A stretch of DNA of 64,000 nt, taken from the NCBI GenBank assembly GCA_963842155.1, contig CAWJFP010000039.1, positions 18,321 to 82,320 on the forward strand, given 5' to 3'. The translations under genes were made by a program, and so were the position numbers. Below, in pieces: positions 9,452 to 18,049 of this stretch (positions are counted from its first letter, which is position 1; the number at the start of each line of letters is the position of its first letter). This DNA comes from an uncultured Pseudomonadota bacterium (GTDB lineage: Bacteria; Pseudomonadota; Alphaproteobacteria; JACZXZ01). Under the pieces are notes generated by a model. That model had not been told where the DNA came from. It did no database searches and saw only the letters and a program-made list of their open reading frames with translations.

Positions 9452-10272
9452 TCCGAATGCAATCCGACGCGCAAGCCGGCGAGGAGATCCCAGCCCGACG
9501 AATGGCCGAGGACGGCGAGCGAGCGCGCGGCAAGGAGGGCGCCCTCGCGCTCGCCCGAGGCCAGCGCCAGGCAAAGCGCATGAGCCGGCGCGAAGCTCAT
9601 GCCGTGCGTGGCGTCGACGAGGATTGCCGCGCTGACGCGGCCGGCGCGTAGCCGCGCCTCTTGGCGCAGCAGTTCGCCCCAGGCCTCGACGCGCGTGGCG
9701 CGCGCCGGCAAGGCTACGGCTTGGAGCCGCAGACCGAGATGGAACCCGGCGAGGAAATCGTCGCCCGAGGGCGTCAGGCCGGGGCCGAGGCCGATCAAGC
9801 GCCGCACTGCCTCGCGTCCGGCGACGAGGTTGTCCGCCGCCGCGCTCTCGCGCAACAAGGCGATGCGCAAGGCGGCATCCTCGAGCGGAAATTCCGCGCG
9901 CGCGCCCGCGAGCCAGACGCCCAAGCCGCGCGGCGTCGCTTCTGCCAAGAGCGACGCGGCGAGCCTCTCTATGCGCTCGCCGAGTGCAAGCGGCCCGCCC
10001 GCGATTTCCCTCGGCCAAGCGGGACGCCAAGGCGCCAGACCGTGCAGTGCGAAATGCACCTCCCGCCAATCGGCCGGCAACGCGCCTCCGAGCAGGACCG
10101 AGCGCGGATGGAGCAACGCGTCGCCGCCTCCCGCCCAGATGATCTCGGGGCCGGCCTCGAGATAAGCGGACTCGCGTAAGGCGGCGACGAGGCGCGCCAT
10201 GCCGCGCGACGCGGCCAAGGCCTCGAAGGCGAGGCAGCCGATATGGACGGGGCGGAGCGGAGGCGGCGCCAT
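9448..10272 (-). CDS. DUF2877 / AllH(YlbF)-like protein
   Basis: ORF 9448..10398 trimmed to ATG 10272 (MAPPPLRPVHIG). It carries the hallmark GLGPGLTPSGDDFLAG motif of the DUF2877 family. No fdrA/ylbE-type partners are nearby. Confidence 0.7.
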   Translation of the reverse strand: MAPPPLRPVHIGCLAFEALAASRGMARLVAALRESAYLEAGPEIIWAGGGDALLHPRSVLLGGALPADWREVHFALHGLAPWRPAWPREIAGGPLALGERIERLAASLLAEATPRGLGVWLAGARAEFPLEDAALRIALLRESAAADNLVAGREAVRRLIGLGPGLTPSGDDFLAGFHLGLRLQAVALPARATRVEAWGELLRQEARLRAGRVSAAILVDATHGMSFAPAHALCLALASGEREGALLAARSLAVLGHSSGWDLLAGLRVGLHSD

Positions 10273-10676
10273 GCCCGTAAACCTAGGGGAGCCGCCCGCG
10301 CCGATGCAAATTAGGCGGGAATATCCCCTGCCGGCGCGACGTTCGGCCTCGCAGCTGCGGCTCCGTCGCCAGGCGCCGTTCGACGCCGGTCGCCACAACT
10401 CCTAGGCGAGGTACAAAGAGAACGACTCTCGACCACAATATTTCGTGGGAGCGGTTCAAGAGGACCCCTACATGAAGTCGAAAAATTGACGCCGCAACTC
10501 CCCGCGAGAAAGGATTTCGCGCGGCGGAGATTGACCAGGCTCAACAGTGAACGGACTCGACCGCAGCTCTACAAGAGTTACGCAGATATTTCACAGAGCG
10601 TTCATGGAATGTAGTCTTCGCAATAACATTCACTATTCCGATGTTTCGGTAGACAAGCAGTGCAGCTTTTTATAGC

Positions 10677-12203
10677 ATGGTTAACTCTGGCAATAAATTT
10701 GCCGTGGGGGAGCCCCGCAGAGGGCCAAATTGGGCAATGGCTGAAATCGCGCACTACGAGGACCTTGCCGGCGCGGAAGGCAAGCTGATCTATTACCGGC
10801 CGCAACGCTTCACGGCGCGAGAGATTTACAAGCAGATCGTCCCCAGCCTGCGCGTCAACAAGATGCCGTTCGTGCTGCATGATCTGAGCATCAGCGGCAT
10901 GGCGGCCTGCACCGAGGTCAATCAGAGCCCCGATGCGGAGATCGGCGAGGAGGTGCCCGTCCTCCTGCAGCTGGGCGACACGGATCTCTATCGCGGCAAG
11001 GGCCGCGTCACGCGCGTCGAGCCCTTCTATGCGCGCACCAAGATCGCGCTCAGCCTGACCAGCGGCTATATCGACATCGCGAAGACCATCGCCGACCATC
11101 AATCGGCCCTCTTCAAGGTCTCGCTCGAGAAGAGCCTCGCCTTGCGCACCGACCTCTTGAGCGCCGAGTACCGCACTCTCGTGGCCGACCTGCTGCGCTT
11201 CTTCCGCCAATATCGCCTGCCGCTCGAGCAGCTCGAGAGCAACCTGCCGAAGGGCGGCGCGGGCCAGGAGGAGCAGATGATGCGCGTGCTCGCGATCTGC
11301 GAGGATCGCGCCTTGCCCGAATGGCGCCGCCTCTGGTTCCGCGCCAATGAGCTGGTGGCCCCCATCATGAAGGACGAAGAGACGCTCAAGGCGACGAAGA
11401 CATTGACCACGCTCGTCATCACGCCGGAGTTCGTCGAGGGGCCCGTCATCCGGCGCAGCTACGAGAAGCCGCTGGGCTATCCGGGCGACTACGAGGTGAT
11501 GAACATCATCTACCGCTGGCGCTACGAGGGGAAGACGATGTTCGGCCAGCTGCTGCATCGGCTCGGCCTCGACGTCGCAGAATGCATCGCCATGCGGATG
11601 GTGATGATGCAGCAGACGATCGCCCAGGTGCTGGCGGAATCGCCGGGGGGACAGGCGGTGCATGTCACCAACCTCGCCTGCGGCCCCGCGCAAGAGGTGG
11701 TGAACTGCCTCAAGATCCCGGCCTTACCGGCGCCGGTGCGCTTTACCCTCGTCGATCAGGACGCCGACGCGCTGTCCTACGCCTATCAGCAGACCTATCC
11801 CGAGGTGGTGCGCCATCAGGGCCGCGCCACGATCCAATGCCTGCATGTGTCATTCAGCCAGCTCATGCGCGCGGGCAGGCTGTTCCGCCGCATGCCCGAC
11901 CAGCATCTCATCTATACCGTCGGGCTGCTCGACTACCTCTCGACCGTGCGCGCCCGCGCGCTCATCGCCGATCTTTACGGGCAGCTTTCGGACGGCGGCA
12001 TGCTGGTCGTCGGCAATATGCGCGACACGCCGACCGGCATTCTCTGGCCGCTCGAGTTCATCTGCGACTGGAGCCTGATCTACCGCACGGAAGAGGAGAT
12101 GCACGAGCTGGCGGCCGGGCTCGACGCCGCGAGCGTCGAGGTGCGGCCGGACCCGACGGGTCGCGTCTATATGCTCTTCATCCGCAAGCCCAAGCGGGCC
12201 TGA
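10677..12203 (+). CDS. PilZ domain - SAM-dependent methyltransferase fusion (PhcB-like architecture)
   Basis: 508 aa. The N-terminal PilZ signature is QRFTAR (RxxxR) plus DLSISG (DxSxxG). The C-terminal class I MTase has VTNLACGPAQE, FTLVDQDADAL and DGGMLVVGNM. An alternative start is ATG 10737. Confidence 0.8.
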   Translation: MVNSGNKFAVGEPRRGPNWAMAEIAHYEDLAGAEGKLIYYRPQRFTAREIYKQIVPSLRVNKMPFVLHDLSISGMAACTEVNQSPDAEIGEEVPVLLQLGDTDLYRGKGRVTRVEPFYARTKIALSLTSGYIDIAKTIADHQSALFKVSLEKSLALRTDLLSAEYRTLVADLLRFFRQYRLPLEQLESNLPKGGAGQEEQMMRVLAICEDRALPEWRRLWFRANELVAPIMKDEETLKATKTLTTLVITPEFVEGPVIRRSYEKPLGYPGDYEVMNIIYRWRYEGKTMFGQLLHRLGLDVAECIAMRMVMMQQTIAQVLAESPGGQAVHVTNLACGPAQEVVNCLKIPALPAPVRFTLVDQDADALSYAYQQTYPEVVRHQGRATIQCLHVSFSQLMRAGRLFRRMPDQHLIYTVGLLDYLSTVRARALIADLYGQLSDGGMLVVGNMRDTPTGILWPLEFICDWSLIYRTEEEMHELAAGLDAASVEVRPDPTGRVYMLFIRKPKRA

Positions 12204-12373
12204 GGCGCGCCCACCGCCCCCCGCTCTCCGCTGCGCCTCCCTCTGCGCGCGGAAAACCGCGTCGCATTTCGGCGCCGGCTCGTCGAGACGTCGGCGCCCA
12301 GAGCGTTTTCACATCGAGTGGAAACGCGAAAAGCCCGAGGCACCGCGTATGCGGTGCCTCCACTTGTCTCGCG

Positions 12374-12398
12374 AAAAAAATGCGGGCCGGTGGCCCGC
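12374..12398 (-). terminator. Rho-independent terminator downstream of the histidine kinase
   Basis: On the minus strand, GCGGGCCACCGGCCCGC is followed by TTTTTTT. A second hairpin (gaggcaccgc-gtat-gcggtgcctc, 12337..12360) is followed on the minus strand by GGGCTTTTCG. Confidence 0.7.
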
Positions 12399-12459
12399 AG
12401 GCGCTTGAGCGGCCGGAAACAAGATATGCTAGAGCGATTCCGCGTGAGCGGATATCGCT

Positions 12460-13899
12460 CTAGGCGCTGCGCGCGATGGCGTGAACCGGCGCCGCATCGG
12501 CGGGCCGCTGCAGCCTGATCACGCGCTCGGCCGGCAGGCACACCGTCATCCGCGTACCGATACCGAGCTCGCTCTCCAGCAGCAGCGTGCCGCCATGGAG
12601 CTCGACGATGCGCTTCACCAGCGGCAGGCCCAGCCCGGTGCCGCCATGCTTGCGGTTATGGGCGCTCTCGACCTGGACGAAGGGCTCCAGGATCTTCTCC
12701 AGATCGTCATGCGCGATGCCGATGCCCGTATCCTCGATGCGGACGCGGCAGCCCTCGGCGTCGTTCTGGATCGAGATGACGACCGCGCCGCCGGTGAGGG
12801 TGAACTTGATCGCGTTCGAGACCAGGTTGATGAGCACCTGGCGCAGGAGGCGGAGATCGGCACGCAGGATGGGTTGCTCCTTCGGCAGGCTGAAGGCGAG
12901 CCGCACGCCCTGCGTCGCCGCGGTGTTGCGGAACATTCGGATGCAGCCGTCGACCAGATCGCAGAGGTCGACCTCCTCCTCGGAAAGGATGAGCTTGTTG
13001 GCCTCGGCCTTGGCCAGATCGAGGATGTCGTTGATCACCGAGAGGAGGTGCGTGCCGCTGCTGTGGATGTCGTCGACATAGCCCATGTAGCGCTCCGAGC
13101 CGATGGGCCCGAAGATCTGCAGCTTCATCACCTCGGTGAAGCCGATGACGGCGTTCAAGGGCGTGCGCAGCTCGTGGCTCATGGAAGCGAGGAACTCGCT
13201 TTTCGCGCGGTTCGCCGCCTGTGCCTCCTGTCCCAGCCGCTCGGAGCGGACCTTTTCGAGGATGAGGAGATGCGTGTTGATGAAGTTGCGCCGCCGGTAG
13301 AGCTCGTGCGTGTAACTCGAGAATATGCCCACGGCCAGGGACGCGCTGAAGAAGAAGTCGTTGTTGATGAGGATCGCTTTCGGGATATGCGCGACGAGTA
13401 TGGCGCCCAGCTGGTACAGCAGGAAGAGCGAGAGCGAGAGCAGCGCGGCGTAGAAATGATCGAGGCGGATGATGCTGGAGCAATAGATCACGACGAGGAT
13501 GAGGCCCGCGTAATAGAGATAATTGGCGGGCGCGGGCATGATCGTCGTCATGGCGAGAATGCCGAAGCCCGATGCGAAGCTGCCGACGGCGAGGAAGAAC
13601 TGCGAATAGCGGATGAAGACGCGCGTGTAGGTCGCGACGAGCACGGCAACCAGGATGGGGCAGACGATGCCGTAGCGGATCAGCCAGATGCCCGGCAGGT
13701 CGTCCGGCACCATGTAGGTGTCGAGAATGCCGAAGAGCGCATAAAGGACTGTGCCCAGAACAATGGTCAGCCGAATGAGCCGCATCGAACGCTGCAGCTC
13801 TTCGGTCACGAAATGCTTTTCGATCTCGCGATCGTGGAACTTGAGCGTGATCGGACTATACTGGACCGAACGGCGCGTCTCTTCGCTCTCGGCCGACAC
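12460..13899 (-). CDS. Membrane-bound sensor histidine kinase, no cognate response regulator nearby
   Basis: HisKA H-box SHELRTPLNAVIGF, N/G boxes (LINLVSNAIKFT, DTGIGI, GGTGLGL), and about six TM segments N-terminally. The ORF runs to 14046, but its first ~50 codons are Arg-rich junk. GTG 13899 is preceded by GGGGAAG; TTG 13938 is also possible. Confidence 0.85.
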   Translation of the reverse strand: MSAESEETRRSVQYSPITLKFHDREIEKHFVTEELQRSMRLIRLTIVLGTVLYALFGILDTYMVPDDLPGIWLIRYGIVCPILVAVLVATYTRVFIRYSQFFLAVGSFASGFGILAMTTIMPAPANYLYYAGLILVVIYCSSIIRLDHFYAALLSLSLFLLYQLGAILVAHIPKAILINNDFFFSASLAVGIFSSYTHELYRRRNFINTHLLILEKVRSERLGQEAQAANRAKSEFLASMSHELRTPLNAVIGFTEVMKLQIFGPIGSERYMGYVDDIHSSGTHLLSVINDILDLAKAEANKLILSEEEVDLCDLVDGCIRMFRNTAATQGVRLAFSLPKEQPILRADLRLLRQVLINLVSNAIKFTLTGGAVVISIQNDAEGCRVRIEDTGIGIAHDDLEKILEPFVQVESAHNRKHGGTGLGLPLVKRIVELHGGTLLLESELGIGTRMTVCLPAERVIRLQRPADAAPVHAIARSA

Positions 13900-14095
13900 G
13901 TCTTCCCCGCTATCTTTCTCAACCTTGCCAGGCTCCAAGAAAAAATAGCGCCCTAATCTTAATGAAAGGTGACCATGGCGCCGCCGTGCGCGGCCCGGCT
14001 GGGCTCGCGGGAAAGCCCGTTTCGCCGTGCGCCGCGCCCGCCACAAGGTTAATTTTTCCCGAAGGCGCTCATGCCGAGCGGGGAGGTCCCCGATT

Positions 14096-14902
14096 TCAGC
14101 CCAGGCGGGCGAGAAAGGCCGCGATCGCCGCGTTCACGGCCGCCGGTTGCTCGACGGTCGAGCTATGGCCGGCGCCGGGGATGCGCAGGAGCTCGGCACC
14201 CTTGATCGCGGCGGCGATGCGCTCGGCCTGGGCCGGCACGGTGGCGACGTCCTCCTCGCCCACCAGGACGAGTGTCGGGGTCGCGATCTTGCCGAGCTCG
14301 TCATGGATGGCGGGGCGCTCGAGCACGCCGTTGAGCGCGCGCCAGATCGAGCGTCGATCGGTCGCCAGAATCTGCGCGCGCCAGGCCGCGCGGTCCGCGG
14401 CGCGCGCCGGATCGGCGAGCACGCTGCGGCCGAAGAGGATCGGCATCACCGAGGGCAGCACGAGCCTCGTGCCGAGCCAGCGCGAGACAAAGGCCATGAG
14501 CCTGTATTTCGGCTTCCGCCCGGGAGGCTCCGCGTCGGCCGTGGTCTCGAGCAGGATGAGCGAGCGCAGGAGCTCGGGCCGGCGCGCGGCCAGCCGCATG
14601 CCGACGAAGCCGCCCATGCTGAGGCCGCAGAAATGCACCCGTCCGAGGCGCAAGGCGGCGATCAGCTGGGCGGCATCGTCGGTCAGCGTGTCCATGTCGA
14701 TCGAGCGCAGCGACGACTCGCCGCTCTGTCCCTGGCCGCGATGATCGTAGGCGACGCAGCGATAGCGGCCCCGCAGCGCCGCCACTTGCGGCGCGAACAG
14801 CGTGGTGTTCCAGAGCAGCCCATGGCTGAACAGGATGGGCTCGCCCTCGCCTCCGCTGTCCTCGTAATGAAGCTCGGCGCCGTTGATGCGGATCGTCGTC
14901 AT
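14096..14902 (-). CDS. Alpha/beta-fold hydrolase
   Basis: ATG 14902 (MTTIRINGAELHYEDSG...). Motifs are HG oxyanion FSHGLL and nucleophile elbow GLSMGG, plus a C-terminal His (AGHSS). Its start is 5 nt downstream of the FabZ-like gene stop. Confidence 0.85.
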   Translation of the reverse strand: MTTIRINGAELHYEDSGGEGEPILFSHGLLWNTTLFAPQVAALRGRYRCVAYDHRGQGQSGESSLRSIDMDTLTDDAAQLIAALRLGRVHFCGLSMGGFVGMRLAARRPELLRSLILLETTADAEPPGRKPKYRLMAFVSRWLGTRLVLPSVMPILFGRSVLADPARAADRAAWRAQILATDRRSIWRALNGVLERPAIHDELGKIATPTLVLVGEEDVATVPAQAERIAAAIKGAELLRIPGAGHSSTVEQPAAVNAAIAAFLARLG

Positions 14903-14907
14903 GGGCG

Positions 14908-15372
14908 TCAGGGAAGGGCGCTGCGCTGATCGAGGATCATGGCCGTGAGATAGGCTTCCGCCACGAGCGCGCCGGCGACCCACGCCTTGCCATGCACCTT
15001 GGAGGTGGGACCGAAGGCGCGCTCCTTGACGAGATGGAGCAGCATGACGTCGCCCGGGCCGACCGGCCTATGGACGCGGAATTTCTGCAGCCCCATGAAA
15101 TAGATGTACTTGCCCGACCTGTCGCCGCCGAGGGTGTGGATCGCCGCCACCGCGGCCGTCTGGCCCATCGCCTCGATGATGAGCGTGCCGGGGACGAACA
15201 GCCGGCCGGGCGGCAGGCCGCGGAAGAAGGGCTCGTTGACCGTCACGTTCTTGACGCCGACGGCACTCTTGTCCGGGACGACGTCCTTGACGTGATCGAT
15301 CATCAGGAAGGGATAGCGGTGCGGCAGCATCGCCTTGATCTGGTCGAGATTGAACTCGACGGTCGGCCCCAT
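14908..15372 (-). CDS. FabZ-like hot-dog protein lacking the catalytic His
   Basis: LPHRYPFLMID...NVTVNEPFFRGLPPGRLFVPGTLIIEAMGQ matches the FabZ pattern, except that GHFP is GLPP. Start is ATG 15372; the ORF extends to 15414. Confidence 0.75.
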   Translation of the reverse strand: MGPTVEFNLDQIKAMLPHRYPFLMIDHVKDVVPDKSAVGVKNVTVNEPFFRGLPPGRLFVPGTLIIEAMGQTAAVAAIHTLGGDRSGKYIYFMGLQKFRVHRPVGPGDVMLLHLVKERAFGPTSKVHGKAWVAGALVAEAYLTAMILDQRSALP

Positions 15373-15546
15373 TCCCCCGCTCCCCTCCGGCCCAAAACCG
15401 AGCCGGGTCCGCATTGCACGGCCTGGCGCCCCCTCGCGCCATGGCCGGCGAGGGAACCTTCATTTCGCCAGCGGCATTGAGTTAAGCATCAAACGCGGCG
15501 TAAGCTCGCATGCAGCGTTCGATCCCCAAGCGATGGAGCATGGGCC

Positions 15547-16011
15547 ATGGCGATGCGCTTGCCTTCGAGAGCCGCTACGGGCCGGCTTGCAATCGCGGCT
15601 TTCGGCCTGGCGCTCGCCGCTCCGGCCGCCATTCCGCTCGGCTCTGGGGCCGAGCTCACCGTCACCGTCGAGGGGCTGCGCAACGCCAAGGGCAATGTCG
15701 AGCTCTCGATCTACAACGACCCCGCGCAATGGCCCGACAATCCGACGCCGGACCATCATCAGGTCAAGCCGGCTGCGGAGGGCAGCGTGACCTTCAAATT
15801 CGATCTGCCGCCCGGCACCTATGCCGCGGCCGGCTATCATGACGAGAACGGCAACGGCAAGTTCGACAAGAGCTTCCTCGGCCTGCCCGAGGAAGGCTAC
15901 ACCATGTCCAACAACGCCAGGCCCTTCCTCTCGGCCCCGGCCTGGGGCAAGGTGGATTTCCCGCTTCCTGCCTCGGGCGCCTCGATCACGATGAAGATGA
16001 TCTATCCCTGA
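15547..16011 (+). CDS. Secreted DUF2141 family protein
   Basis: Signal peptide (LAIAAFGLALAAPAA), then ELTVTVEGLRNAKGNVELSIY...HDENGNGKFDKSFLGLPEEGYTMSNN, which is typical of DUF2141. Confidence 0.7.
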   Translation: MAMRLPSRAATGRLAIAAFGLALAAPAAIPLGSGAELTVTVEGLRNAKGNVELSIYNDPAQWPDNPTPDHHQVKPAAEGSVTFKFDLPPGTYAAAGYHDENGNGKFDKSFLGLPEEGYTMSNNARPFLSAPAWGKVDFPLPASGASITMKMIYP

Positions 16012-16390
16012 GCGGGGCGCGAAGCGCGCAAGCCTCTTGTCGCTTGCCGCGCGCCATGGTACAGACTACGGGATCATTATTTCAAATAAATCGACCAGCG
16101 GGGCGGTCTAGAAGAGCAAAGCCCCGTTATACGGGGATCTACAGCCAGTGGAACGGGGAATATTACTTAAGAGCAGGACTTTATTCTTGGCGGCTGCCTG
16201 GAATCCTGTCGCCGTCTCCCAAAGAGGCAAACTAATTCCCCATGACGGCTCCCCAGGCGACGAACCAGAGACGAACTAGAGAAGCGAGGCTGGGCGGGGG
16301 GCGAAGCCCCGCAACCGGCTCCGAGCGGAGCGACCAAATCCTTCTCCACGCCCGGAGGCGCGGGCCTGGAGCCAACCAGGAGGCATTCGA

Positions 16391-17014
16391 ATGTCACGCA
16401 AGCTTCTCTTCGGCCTGACGGCCGTCGCCGCGGCCGCCCTCGGCCATTCCGCATTCGCCTGCCAAGGCAGCAAAATCCTGTTCGAGGACAAGTTCGCGAC
16501 GCTGAATCAAGGCTGGGGCCAGGACCAGAACGTCTCGGTGGCCGGCGGCAAGCTCGTCGCCAAGGCGCCGGACACCAATGGCGACCATATCCTCTATCAG
16601 GGAAACGTCTTCCCAGATGCGGGCGTCTGCGTCACCGAGGATTTCGCGGCGAGCCCTGATCCCGCCAACGCGGTCGCAGGCGTCGTCTTCTGGGCGGTCG
16701 ACGATTCGCATTACTACGTGCTCGAGATCTCGGCCGACGGCAGCTGGGCGGTCGCGCGCAAGCTTGCCGACAACCGCTGGATCCTGCCCATCAAGTGGAA
16801 CGCCAATCCGGCGGTCAGGAAGGGCCTCAATACGCCAAACGAGCTCGAGGTGCAGACCAAAGGCAATAATGCCGCGCTCTTCATCAACGGCACCAAGATG
16901 GGCGAGGTCTCGGGCCAGATGCCCGACGGCGGGCAGCTCATCGGCTTCTTCTGGCAGGGCGTGAACGGTGGCGAGACGCGCGTCGAATATGTCGACGTGA
17001 AGGTGACGAACTGA
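16391..17014 (+). CDS. Secreted hypothetical protein, LamG/DUF1080-like jelly-roll
   Basis: Signal peptide MSRKLLFGLTAVAAAALGHSAFA and RBS aggagg 7 nt upstream. The beta-rich body has a pattern like concanavalin-type lectin domains. Confidence 0.6.
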   Translation: MSRKLLFGLTAVAAAALGHSAFACQGSKILFEDKFATLNQGWGQDQNVSVAGGKLVAKAPDTNGDHILYQGNVFPDAGVCVTEDFAASPDPANAVAGVVFWAVDDSHYYVLEISADGSWAVARKLADNRWILPIKWNANPAVRKGLNTPNELEVQTKGNNAALFINGTKMGEVSGQMPDGGQLIGFFWQGVNGGETRVEYVDVKVTN

Positions 17015-17102
17015 GGGCGCTTCCGCTCGTCGGCTTCTATGGGTGGCAGGACGAGACCAAGGGCGCCGCGAGCATGGAATTCACCGACATCAAGGTGGCC
17101 AA

Positions 17103-17963
17103 TTAAAGGAGCCCGCCTGTCGGGCGGCGGCCGCGCTTGCGGTAGGCGCTCGGGCTCGCGCCCATCACGCCGCGAAAGCGCCGATTGAAGCTCGCGAGAT
17201 CGTTGAAGCCGGCATCGAAGGCGATGGTCGAGATGAGCTCGTCCGAGCGGCTGATGCGCAGCGCCGCGCGATGGAGGCGCGTGCGCAGGACATATTGATG
17301 CGGCGTCATGCCCGCCACTTGGCGGAAGACGCGCAGGAAATGATAGGGGCTCATCGCGGCCTCATTTGCGAGCTCGGCGAGCGCCAGCGGCTCTTGCGCC
17401 CGGGCCTCGATCCGCCGCAAGGCCCGGACGATGCGCCGCTCGTCCCGCCGGCTCGGCCTACGCGCGGCGGGCTCGGCGCCGGCGAGCGTGGCGACGACGG
17501 CGGCCGCCAGCGACACTGCCAGCTCTTCGAGCGCGGCGCCGTCGCCCTCTTGGCGCGCGGCCTCGGCCGCGACCAGCAGCGGCATGAGCCTCGGCAAAGG
17601 CGGCAAACGCGGGACAGTGAAAACCATGCGCCGCGCGCCCGCCAAACTCCCGAGGACCGGCAATTCGGCCAGGATCGCTTCCAGCCGGTCGGGCGCGAAA
17701 TGGAAGGCGAGGCAGCGGTCGCCTTTGCCATGGTCATGGCCGCATTCGAAGCCATCGCCCTCGTTGCCGAGCAGCAACGCGCCCGGCGCGAGCAAGGCGG
17801 CACCTTGCGTCGAGCGGTACTGGAACATGCCTTGCGTCACGGCGGCTATGCAGGCGTCACCGTGGCGCTCCTCGAAGGGCGGGTCGCCCGGGCCGGCATC
17901 GCAGACGACGTCGCTCACCGACCAGCCGGGGCCCGACACGAGGAGACGCGATATTGTCGCCAT
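17103..17963 (-). CDS. AraC family transcriptional regulator
   Basis: Double HTH at the C-terminus (MSPYHFLRVFRQVAGMTPHQYVLRTRLHRA...IAFDAGFNDLASFNRRFR). Confidence 0.9.
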   Translation of the reverse strand: MATISRLLVSGPGWSVSDVVCDAGPGDPPFEERHGDACIAAVTQGMFQYRSTQGAALLAPGALLLGNEGDGFECGHDHGKGDRCLAFHFAPDRLEAILAELPVLGSLAGARRMVFTVPRLPPLPRLMPLLVAAEAARQEGDGAALEELAVSLAAAVVATLAGAEPAARRPSRRDERRIVRALRRIEARAQEPLALAELANEAAMSPYHFLRVFRQVAGMTPHQYVLRTRLHRAALRISRSDELISTIAFDAGFNDLASFNRRFRGVMGASPSAYRKRGRRPTGGLL

Positions 17964-18049
17964 GCCTCATCATAGCAATTTTTCCCAAGCACGGACATCG
18001 CGCGGGGGTCTAAAGAGAAAGTCATCGACGCCCAACGAAAGGCCCGGCT

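Noticed and set aside
9302-10069. 255-aa minus-strand ORF overlapping the DUF2877 gene
   Set aside because: Most of it is an out-of-frame shadow of the DUF2877 gene (Arg/Ala-rich). Only its last ~49 codons, downstream of the DUF2877 stop, were kept as a candidate small ORF.
12460-14046. Full-length 528-aa version of the histidine kinase ORF
   Set aside because: The first ~50 codons (MWRARRTAKRAFPRAQPGRARRRHGH...) look like translated intergenic DNA. GTG 13899 with an SD-like GGGGAAG upstream gives a sensible N-terminus.
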